NCBI GenBank assembly: GCA_002811645.1
Contig: PDIP01000027.1
Span: forward strand, 62,001 to 126,000
DNA: 64,000 nucleotides
Origin: Corallochytrium limacisporum Hawaii
Lineage: Eukaryota > Protista > Pluriformea
Direction of reading: 5' to 3'
Shown in pieces: positions 10,050 through 19,407 of this stretch (position 1 is the first letter of the stretch; each line of letters opens with the position of its first letter). The notes beneath the pieces are model-generated. The model was not told where the DNA came from and made no database searches. It saw nothing but the letters and a program-made list of their open reading frames with translations. Position numbers and translations under genes: made by a program.

Positions 10050-13000
10050 ATGTCTAACCAGAACGAACCCTATGCGACTCAACTGCAGGGCCTGATGCAG
10101 GTTCTGTCGGAGTTCTACGATCCATCATCGTCGCCGAGTCGGAAACGAGAGCTTGAAGCTAATCTTGAAGCATTTCGACACGTGCCAGATGCCTGGTCTC
10201 AGTGTCTGTATTTCCTGCAAAACACGTCAAATCCAAATGTTTTGTGGTATAGTGCTAGTGTGCTTGAGTATGTCGCAGCCCAGCGGTGGTCCGCTCTCTC
10301 TACCGATAACAAGACACAGATCAGATCGTTCCTGTTTCCGTGGCTGGTCAACCATGGAGGGACCATTCCGGCTTTTGCACAGAACAAAATCATGAAAGCT
10401 CTAGTGAGCATTGCGAAGAATGACTGGCCCTGGGACTATCCAGACTTCTACAAAAACATCATGGAGTTGATGGACGATCCTAGGACAGTGCCTTTGGCTC
10501 TTCAGCTCATTCGCATGGTAAGTGAAGAGTTTACTAGTAGCAATCAAGACGTCTCTGCTGCCCGCAATGCAGAATTGAAGAAATTGTTACTCAAAGAGAT
10601 GCCCCAGACCCTCTTGCAAATCCAGAAGATCCTGCACAGTCGATACCTGCCAACGGTTGAAACCAACGACAACAGTCCACTGAAAATGAAAGGCAGCGGC
10701 CAAAGGCCCAGCGGTGAATTTGCGGGAAACGTGTCTCATCTCTCACCGAACATGTTGTTAGTCGGCGGAGGGGATCCAAGCAGTTATGCGGGCAGTCAGA
10801 GTAGCCGCGGTGCCATGATACACGGACAGAAAGGCACAGATTTAGACGGCGTGGCCCTGTCGAACGGCTCTCCGGGAGGAATCCTGCAATCACAATCCCC
10901 AGTCTCTGCTGGTATGTTGGGCCGGTATTTGGATTCTCAAGTGTCAGGTATTGTGGAAACAACCTTCAATTTCACAGAAGAGGATCTGCACAAAGTGCAG
11001 AAGCTGGCACTGGAGTGCCTTATTCAAATTGTCAGCTGGATTCCACCCGTTGAATATATCGACGCCAGCCTTCTGCAAACCATCTTCAGCTATGCGCAGC
11101 TTCATGGTGAGAATACGGCATCTTTCGGTGTGCTCGGGCTCACCTGTATCAATGAGATTCTCAGCATGAACTTCATTCCTCCAAACTTCCATGAATTCCT
11201 GATCGAAATCTTCAAGCAATGCTATTTGTTGCTAAAGAATTTGACGTCTGCTGAGAACAGTCTGAGTTCTCTAGATGACACGTACTTGGAGAGGTGCACT
11301 GATTTTTTGCAGCTGTTTGTGTCCAAAGACTTGCGCCGGGTTGAGGGAAATGAGAACTTCCCGACGTTGGAACTCCTGGAGTTGTTGTTCCGCTACACCT
11401 TGCGTCAGCCAAACGATGATCAATATGTAAGGTGTTTGGATATATGGTGTGACTTCATCGACTACATCCACGCACGCACGGCGGAGACGGGCTCGGACGC
11501 CATCGTCCAGAAGTATGCCCCGGGATTGGAATCCTTGCAGATTGAATTGTTGAACAATATTATGTTTACTGTCTCTGGGCCCAAAAACACTGACGATGAA
11601 GACGAAGCGGGTGAAGATAGCGATCGTTCCGAGGGTGAGGTGTTTCAAGCCATGGGTAACAGTGATTGGAAACAGTACTTAAGATCCTCTGTGGAAGTGA
11701 TTGGACGCATATCAGAGCTTTTGCCCACAACTGTGGCCAGAAACTTGCTTCCCGTGTACATGCGGTTGACCCAAACATACGTAGACATCTTTCAGTGTCA
11801 AACCAATGGCAATTCCCCAAGCAAGGTTGAAGGCGTTGACAATGTCGAGTATCTCGTTCGTGACACGTCCACCATTATGCAACTCTTCACACGACTCGCT
11901 GGTCTGTACTGCAACACCCAACGAATCGGAGTGGGACGACAGATTGTCGGCAAAGCACTTGACGTGGGATACTGTACGTACCTTCGGACAGAAATGCTGC
12001 AAACCTTTACAATTCGTAAAGTGCACGTACAAATGTCAATGCTCCTCCAGAGCTACTGTGAATGGCTTGCAAACTATGTAGCTCTCGCCCTAGCCGGAGA
12101 TCAGAGTGTGCTCATGTTCTTTGCGGAAGCTGGTGGTGATCCCGGACAAGCAGCACGGGAAGATTGCCACCAACTTGTGGAGCACATTTTACAAATGTCC
12201 CTGCAGATGTTCAGCTCAGGACTAGACAACGCAACCAGACAGCTGCTTCTGGCGGCATCCCAGTCCTTGCTCTCAGTGACCCGACTCACCCGACCTCCGT
12301 TCCTCTTAGGCACCTCACTGTTAACATCAATGATGCAGCAGACTTACTCATTGTGGACCTCAAGTCAGGACCCGCGTTTGACTATTGAAGTGCGGCTGTT
12401 GCACTTCCGGGCGACGACATCCGTATTCCTCTTGCCATGGCATGGCAAATCGCAGAATGAGCAAGAATGGCCCAAACGCAGTGAGCAGTTCAGTGAATTT
12501 ATTTCGCCGCTGAAGTTGCAGATCATTGAGACGGTTGGTGACAGGGCTGGACACGTTCAGCGTAAGCAATTGATTGTTCACAAAATCGAGCTGCTCAAGA
12601 TCCTGTGTGAGGCTGTGAATGGCGAACCAAAGCCCGCCAAGGACATCCTCATGGAGCATCTAATTCGACCAATGATGCCACACATCTACAACTTGTTGAA
12701 GGCATCTGCATTGGATTTGACGGTACTGCCGGCGATCATGGATCTACTACTCCACCTCTTCAAGGTTCTGTCCAGGCAGCTCGGTGCTGAGGGCACAGGA
12801 CCAATCATAGAGCTGTTCTTGGAGGTGCTCAACAGTGATACCATTGCCCAGTTGCTGAAGCAGCCCAATCAAGCGCAGAAAATTGGTTTAATTATGGTGG
12901 ACTTTCTGCAGCTGCTACGTTTCATTGTGCAGGATAAGAGTGCCATGTTCCGACCATTTACCGCAAAGGTTGTCAACTTGGCAATCTACGATTTGGGCCC

Positions 13001-13589
13001 ACTAATCGCTCAAATGCCGCACGAGGTCGAAGAGTGCTACTTCTCCCTTCTCAAAGACATTGTTACCTGCAATCCGAAGATGATTCCGCGTACCCCCGAA
13101 GAAGTAGAAGGTCGCCTGGGACCCAATCGCCAGCCGCAGGAGGGTGACGGCAAGCTGCTGGCAGGCATCATTGAGGGACTGGCGTCCAAGTTGAAGCAAC
13201 AGGACATTATCCTTTTCAAGCAGGCAATTCAGCATCTGGAAGAGATTGACGAAAGATGCCAGCTCTTCACCTGTCAGTTTTTCCGCCGTAATATGACCAA
13301 TGAGTTGGTTCAGATTCTGTTGCGATCCTTATTAGACGGAAGTCACGACCTGCTCAGTGACGAGATTTGTTCGCTGCTCTACCGACTGGCCAGTGCCGAC
13401 TGGCCGTCGTTCTTCCAACTCTACCTTGTCGAGTTCCTGCGGGCCACCCCGAACGTAGACAATTCCATCAAGGAGGGCCTATTGGCAAAGTTCAAGCAGG
13501 ATCGGGACCACCCCTCGTTCGTTGCAAACACCATGGAGCTCATGAACGACCTCAAGTTCGTCAACGCCCAGAACGATGTGCGATTCTGA
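10050..13589 (+). CDS. XPO6: Exportin-6 (actin/profilin nuclear export receptor)
   Basis: Importin-beta N domain (EFY...RKRELE..L..F....AW..CLYFL), NK..K.LV.IAK.DWP..YPDF, C-terminal HDLL.DEI...LY.LAS.D...F and D.PSF..N...L.NDL. First ATG at 10050. Confidence 0.93.
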   Translation: MSNQNEPYATQLQGLMQVLSEFYDPSSSPSRKRELEANLEAFRHVPDAWSQCLYFLQNTSNPNVLWYSASVLEYVAAQRWSALSTDNKTQIRSFLFPWLVNHGGTIPAFAQNKIMKALVSIAKNDWPWDYPDFYKNIMELMDDPRTVPLALQLIRMVSEEFTSSNQDVSAARNAELKKLLLKEMPQTLLQIQKILHSRYLPTVETNDNSPLKMKGSGQRPSGEFAGNVSHLSPNMLLVGGGDPSSYAGSQSSRGAMIHGQKGTDLDGVALSNGSPGGILQSQSPVSAGMLGRYLDSQVSGIVETTFNFTEEDLHKVQKLALECLIQIVSWIPPVEYIDASLLQTIFSYAQLHGENTASFGVLGLTCINEILSMNFIPPNFHEFLIEIFKQCYLLLKNLTSAENSLSSLDDTYLERCTDFLQLFVSKDLRRVEGNENFPTLELLELLFRYTLRQPNDDQYVRCLDIWCDFIDYIHARTAETGSDAIVQKYAPGLESLQIELLNNIMFTVSGPKNTDDEDEAGEDSDRSEGEVFQAMGNSDWKQYLRSSVEVIGRISELLPTTVARNLLPVYMRLTQTYVDIFQCQTNGNSPSKVEGVDNVEYLVRDTSTIMQLFTRLAGLYCNTQRIGVGRQIVGKALDVGYCTYLRTEMLQTFTIRKVHVQMSMLLQSYCEWLANYVALALAGDQSVLMFFAEAGGDPGQAAREDCHQLVEHILQMSLQMFSSGLDNATRQLLLAASQSLLSVTRLTRPPFLLGTSLLTSMMQQTYSLWTSSQDPRLTIEVRLLHFRATTSVFLLPWHGKSQNEQEWPKRSEQFSEFISPLKLQIIETVGDRAGHVQRKQLIVHKIELLKILCEAVNGEPKPAKDILMEHLIRPMMPHIYNLLKASALDLTVLPAIMDLLLHLFKVLSRQLGAEGTGPIIELFLEVLNSDTIAQLLKQPNQAQKIGLIMVDFLQLLRFIVQDKSAMFRPFTAKVVNLAIYDLGPLIAQMPHEVEECYFSLLKDIVTCNPKMIPRTPEEVEGRLGPNRQPQEGDGKLLAGIIEGLASKLKQQDIILFKQAIQHLEEIDERCQLFTCQFFRRNMTNELVQILLRSLLDGSHDLLSDEICSLLYRLASADWPSFFQLYLVEFLRATPNVDNSIKEGLLAKFKQDRDHPSFVANTMELMNDLKFVNAQNDVRF

Positions 13590-14140
13590 TTGACCTGGGC
13601 CGGCTAACCATTGCCCCCCCTTTGAGGCGAAATCGGGACCTATATTTGGACGGAGACCCTACTCACTTTCATTGATTCCTTAACTAGAGTGGGGGAGGGT
13701 CCCCCAGTAGGACGGACGGGGGAGCAGGGGGAAAAGGGAATGTGTCCGCTAAGGATCGAATTGGCAGCGAAGCCATCTCCAGTGCGAGCTTTGAGGCAGT
13801 TGCGAAAATGCAGCAAATCGACGGGCTCGGATCTTGAGAAGATTTGCGTCACACAGAGAGTTTGGAATCGAGACTTTGCGCTCAAACATCTAGGCTGTAT
13901 CTAAACTGTGCTTTTGAAAAATAGAAAATTGTAGTGAATAGTTTTGTATCAAGGTATCTAAGGAAGCCTGATGGCTGTGTGGTGGAGAATTGTAGATTTC
14001 AGTCGTAAGCGCAACAGAGTATCACTATCATGTCGAGCAGATTTTCACTCCAATTTTCACAGCAAGACTTCTTCTAGATACGGTGACCAAGCAGGTAAAA
14101 CGTGCTAAAGAGATCCACTTTGTACGAGAATGCAGAAATC

Positions 14141-14854
14141 ATGACTGCAGGGCAGAATGGACCGCCTATTATCCCATTCAAAGAGCGCATCCGGGCCCCA
14201 CTGGCTCGGTATTGTGATGGAGTGGGACACTTGCTGGCACAGCACTGTCCAGTGAGCTCCGATAGCTGGCAATGCAAAAAGCTCATTCTGGGCGGCCCCT
14301 TCATTATGGAGCATTTCCGAGAGCACCACTTGGACAGCGGATACGGTATTCCTCGAGGATCCGTATGCTTGTGGTGCCAAGCAGCAAATGATCGCGGTGA
14401 TCCCGGTCTGGCTAAGCAATGGATCCGTAAGGCGATGGCAGATGATGGAGTGGATCCGGACAAGGCCTTTGTCATTGATGTTGACAAACTGCCGACGTGG
14501 AATTTGTTTCTGGACCAGCATGTCTTCCGCTACCATGAGTCTAGACGGGTTCCGAAGATAAGAGACTCCAACATTGAGTCTGAACCAGCCAAGCAGCAGA
14601 GACTTATGAAGGCGAAGGCTCTGCGCAAGGTTCGGCTACAAGAAGCTCGAAGCCCGATAGTAGCCAACTATGGGCGGCCAGCAATTACCGTCAATTCACC
14701 ACAGAATGTGGTAGATGTCTCCGCATATGGTACGGATGGCTATGTTCAAAGCACCCAAACCAATCCGGCACGAGGAAACTACTATGTTCAAGCGAGCCCC
14801 TGTGTCCAAGGTTTTGTTGACATGCATCAACATCACAAAGCGGGGTCCAGCTGA
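14141..14854 (+). CDS. Hypothetical protein with an atypical C2H2-like zinc finger
   Basis: ATG in the AGAAATCATG context also used by mL63; C-x8-C-x12-H-x3-H, a later CxxC...H-x4-H, and a basic helical segment. Confidence 0.6.
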   Translation: MTAGQNGPPIIPFKERIRAPLARYCDGVGHLLAQHCPVSSDSWQCKKLILGGPFIMEHFREHHLDSGYGIPRGSVCLWCQAANDRGDPGLAKQWIRKAMADDGVDPDKAFVIDVDKLPTWNLFLDQHVFRYHESRRVPKIRDSNIESEPAKQQRLMKAKALRKVRLQEARSPIVANYGRPAITVNSPQNVVDVSAYGTDGYVQSTQTNPARGNYYVQASPCVQGFVDMHQHHKAGSS

Positions 14855-15904
14855 TGTGCACTTATCAGTGCGGCTCTGCGCCACGTACCAGCACCAAAGG
14901 ACAGTCACTTTTTCTCTTCCCCCCTCCCCCCCCGGCCCTCCCCCGGGGCGTATTTCGCAGAAACTCATCTGATCCTATGCCTTTGACAGAGTGCGTTCGC
15001 CAGGGGAGGGGGAAGGGAGGGCAGCCAACTAATTTTGGCTGTTGCCGTCTGAACAGCGCAACGGACACCCGCACATCGACCAATTCCCGAAAAAGTGGAG
15101 TTTGCTACAGAAGCGGGGAATGACGATACTATCGAACCCTTGGACATATTGGTGGGTTGGAGGTGGGAAGTTAAAATCGGGGCTGCGGCTTTATCTACCG
15201 GCTTCGCAGGAGGTCTTTGGTCACGACCTTCTGAACTCGCATTTGGAACAACCCCACGTAAGAAATGGACCAGCTTTGTCGTGTTACGTATTTCCCGGTA
15301 TGGCTATGTCTCAAGTACAGGCTCTTGTAATACCTAGTTTACTTGATGCGTTTTCATGCTCACACATCAGCTGGCGTATCTCACTTCAACCGATCCATCT
15401 ACTTGGGAATCACACAGCAGTATTTCTGAATACCACACTTGGACACCGAATGCCGGTCATTTTGACCAGCAAGCTCAGGCATTCCAATGGAGTTGGAGAA
15501 AGTACGGTTCCCTTCGGAGCTTCACATTAGTGGAGGGAGGAAGAGGCACTTATACCCGGCCACCTCGTCTGCACATGTCGATACGTACGTAAACCACCGC
15601 CACCAGACGATTCAAGACCTAGAATCATCATTGGCCAAAACTTGGCAGGAATCAGCACACGGATCTTCTTTGGGGACAGGTCGAATTTTGGACTGTCAAA
15701 CCCCTTGTGATCTCCCGATCAGAGAATGACACAAGGCATTCTATTGTGACGGTTGGCCGCATCTTTGCCATACGGAAGGGGGCGGGAAGTAACAGGGAAT
15801 GGGGGAGGGGCCGACGGGACACCGGGTTCAAAGGGATCTGGGGTCTATTTAATTTTGAGCAGAAGATAAATTTAGGCCCCTATTCCGATCAGAGTTCCCT
15901 TGGG

Positions 15905-15918
15905 TTCGCGCGCGAAAA
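15905..15918. promoter_or_regulatory. Palindromic E2F-type site TTCGCGCGCGAA(AA) upstream of GINS4
   Basis: 12-bp palindrome 15905-15916 containing TTTCGCGC on the minus strand, about 240 bp upstream of a replication gene. Confidence 0.45.
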
Positions 15919-16150
15919 TTCTCCTTGCCATTCAACTGATCTGCGGGGTGTTTGAGGGGGCGGTGCGTGACCGTCTTAAGCAAGCCACCGTTCGGCTTAC
16001 GATCACCGACAGTTTGAATAGCCACATTCTGATCTTTATGGCTGCCTTCCGAAGCTAAGATATTTCTTGACAAAATTCTTATCACTCTAAACGAGGGATC
16101 CTTTTCAGACAACACGATAACCTGTGAACGAGTAGTGAGGAGAAACTACC

Positions 16151-16846
16151 ATGGATAGCTATAGTGATCAATACAATGGAGAAGAGCATGGCACGGTCAG
16201 TGTAGTAGATTCTATGCGTAGGGCATGGCTAAATGAACAGCACTGCCCGGAATTTCTGCCCTATATGCAGAACTTGGTGGAGCAACTAAAAGGGGTGCTG
16301 GACAAACGACAGGCCGAAATTGACAGTGTCGGAAACCATAACCTTGATGATTACCTCACGGCCAACATTATGCAGACGGAATTAGAACGGATTGTTTTTA
16401 TGTTGCGCAGCTATTTTCGTGTACGACTATGGAAGATTCAAAAACATCCCGCTCTCATGCAGGAGCGAATCAACGAACCCGGACTGCTGTCAGTGAGCGA
16501 GCAAGGATTCCTTAACACTTACATTCGGATTCTAGAAGGACACTTGGAAAATAGTTTTACAGCAGACCTTCCAGACATGTTGAAGGCACATTTGAACAGG
16601 AGATCACATCAAGACGAGACAGCCTTCCCACAGCCACCAACCGCAATGGACCCACATTCAATTTCTGAGCCGAATCTAGACCAGTTCGTGCTGGTCGAGG
16701 CATTGGAAGACTGTTTCGCTCTAGAACTGAACGACAATGCGCTGGACGCACACGCGAAGCATACCCTTCACAAGGGAGAAAAAGCAGTGCTACGGTACCG
16801 CAAGGTAGCGGAGTACATGAACCGGGATCATTTGCAATTGATATGA
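16151..16846 (+). CDS. GINS4: DNA replication complex GINS subunit Sld5
   Basis: AWLNE..CPE.LPY, MQTELERI.FMLRSY.R.RL.KI.K, LS..E..F, PNLD.FV and C-terminal LRY. Confidence 0.95.
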   Translation: MDSYSDQYNGEEHGTVSVVDSMRRAWLNEQHCPEFLPYMQNLVEQLKGVLDKRQAEIDSVGNHNLDDYLTANIMQTELERIVFMLRSYFRVRLWKIQKHPALMQERINEPGLLSVSEQGFLNTYIRILEGHLENSFTADLPDMLKAHLNRRSHQDETAFPQPPTAMDPHSISEPNLDQFVLVEALEDCFALELNDNALDAHAKHTLHKGEKAVLRYRKVAEYMNRDHLQLI

Positions 16847-16995
16847 AATAATATGCAACTCATCCCACCATTAGACACCCTAAGCCATTGCTCGTACATT
16901 TCTCCTAGTGGGTATGTCTTTCATCTTTATACTTTCAAGAATAATTTTGTGCTGCAGCTCCTGAAGATGAGTTTTTTGCTGCTTTCCTGGCCTGT

Positions 16996-17675
16996 TTAGT
17001 GCGTCTGGGACGGGTGACGAAATGCCACCGGTAGAGGGTGGTCAGTGTCTGTGGAAAATATTCCCGGCGTCTTGCAGAGGCTGCGGTTCTGTGCGATGCG
17101 CTCCTGCACTCGTAGAGCCAGCTCAGTCTGCACCCCCACGCCTGCCAGTGCACTGTAGTACTCGCGACGGCGCAGAACCTCGACTGTGTGCTCATCATCC
17201 ACAGAGGAACTGGAATAGGGCACATTCACCGCCGCGGGAGCAGTACTATTCATTGTTTCTTACTGTATGTCCGATTTACAGTGAAGCCTTCAAAGAAGAG
17301 TTCCGCCGGGTCGCAGGCCGCAATCTTGTTCTTCCCAATGCGTTCAAATCTCGCATTCCGAAGAAGCGAATTCATAGGAACTTCTTTAACTTCGGTAACG
17401 ATGTTTACGATGTGTACGTTACCAGTGGATCCACCCTCGATCATTGAGACTGCAGCCATTGCAGTCTTTGGCGCATGTTGCGATGGCAAGGTGGTTGGCA
17501 TAGGGGCCATGATTGGAACCTCTTTGAATAGTGACACCGGGTCCCCTTAGTCTATGAAGTGGTCTCTCACATAATCATCAAAGTGACTGTTCTTGGTGCT
17601 GCATAGTGATTCGACGAAGTCGCTGGTCAGGTTCCCGGCAGTCTCGTACTTTTCTGACTGAGGCACCCTTTGCAT
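16996..17675 (-). pseudogene. Probable disrupted gene of unknown family (in-frame TAA plus frameshift)
   Basis: ATG 17675 reads MQRVPQSEKYE...DDYVRDHFID, then TAA (17549-17547), then continues in the same frame GDPVSLFKEVPIM...SKKQ to TGA at 17250. A protein-like ORF 16996..17253 continues in a shifted frame (ATGA overlap). Confidence 0.35.
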
Positions 17676-18602
17676 GCTGTAGAACTATTTCACGGAAGGG
17701 TAACAAATGAGTGACAAACAACGGTACCAGGGCTGAAAATAAGAAAGGAACGGAACATGAAAGCAATCCGCGGTAGCAGTGATTCGGGCTTCCGTAGTGT
17801 TTGTGGTGCACGAAACCGTCCTCACCTTAGCCCCCGTGGCCTGCGCACACCAGTGACCGTCCGAACCCGCTGCCGCTCGCCGAAATGCCAATACAATCGA
17901 CACATAAAATCAAATCACAAATCTATATAAATAATGAGTATTTTCTGCATTGAGACCACGTCAATTAAACTACAACAAATCCAAGCAAAATGTACTATGT
18001 GATTTAAAGTTTAGACTGATTGCAAATATTCCAAATATACCCCTTGCAGCCAATGTGAGACAGCCCTTCACAGTCGGTACTTCAAACAGCGGCGTACATC
18101 TTTGTTTTTTGCCAGACTCTATATTGAAAGTACTGGGGGCACGCGTGCATAAACAAAATGCCAAGGAAAGTCAAGCTCTTTGCGGTGGAGAGAGCAGTAC
18201 GAAAGCCAGTACACCCGGCCCCGCATTGGGGATCACCGGGTATGGTCAGGTGTCACACACAGAGGCAACACCCTTTGTGAGATCCAAAATTCACAGCACC
18301 CACGGGGTCACTTGGTCCCACCTTTGGGCGCTGAATGGCGCAGTGTGGTAAGGCTGAGGATCCGTTCTGTTTTGGAAAGTTTATAGAAGAGTTCTTGGAC
18401 AATTGTCTCTAAATAATCGAAGTAAGTAGCAACACACGCCGGAGAGTTAATAGTCCTATGGGCAAGCTATGGCAATTGTTGTTATATGTAGCGTCATGTT
18501 TTTTATGGTATGTAAGTAAACAAAGCAAGTGAAAGGAATGGAAATCATTGTTATGTCCTTTATAGCATATGCATGTGTCTGGGTCGTTTTAGTTTAGCAA
18601 AT

Positions 18603-19097
18603 ATGTCTAGCTCAAAAATCGCCAACCTGCTCAAGAGCCACCCCGATTGGGCTGCCATTGGTAAGAAGGTGGCTCCTGCCGCGTACGCAGAGTTCAATGG
18701 TCTCCGAAAGCGCTACGATACTGTCCGGGAGAAGCTGATACAGACTTCCGAGACACCTGCGGCCATTGACTGGGACTTTTACAAGAAGCAGACTGCCAAC
18801 CCCGAAATGATCGACGAGTTCAAGGAAGTTTACGAGGCTGCTGATTTCAGCAAGGCTGGGAACAGTGCAGACCTCGAGAAAGCTGCCAAGGATTTGGCCG
18901 CCAAGCGCGAAGCAAGCATGAAGGGCGCTGCCGAAGTGGCACAACGGGCACGTGACGCAGTCGCCAAGCTGCAGGCTGACCTGGCTGTGATTGAGGGACA
19001 GAAGAAGATCAGTGAACTGACTACCACTGACATTCTAAAGGAGAACCCTCAGTACAAGGCAGAATGGGAATCCAAGATGGCTAAGGGAGAGTGGTAA
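18603..19097 (+). CDS. ATP5PD: Mitochondrial ATP synthase subunit d
   Basis: DWAAI...V, P..IDWDFYKK, C-terminal P...E......G.W; strong codon bias. ATG 18603 is preferred over 18573. Confidence 0.92.
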   Translation: MSSSKIANLLKSHPDWAAIGKKVAPAAYAEFNGLRKRYDTVREKLIQTSETPAAIDWDFYKKQTANPEMIDEFKEVYEAADFSKAGNSADLEKAAKDLAAKREASMKGAAEVAQRARDAVAKLQADLAVIEGQKKISELTTTDILKENPQYKAEWESKMAKGEW

Positions 19098-19407
19098 GCT
19101 GCGCCATATGTATATTGTCCACTCTGCCATGCAACAAACAAACCTATGGTAGGGTCAAACGGGATGCAGGCTTTGTCGTAGATTCCATGCAGAATGACAA
19201 GGACCTATCACTTTTCTTCATGAATTAGTAGAAGAATGTTGAACTCTAAGAAAGATTGAATACCCTTTCTTGAGTTGGAGATTGCCATGGGGTGACCCTA
19301 AACCCACACATCACAACCAAAGCACGATTGCTGAATATCAAATAAATTCTAAAAAACATTGAATTTCATAACAGTACAAGATTTTCTATTTCCTATCCAC
19401 GCGGTGT

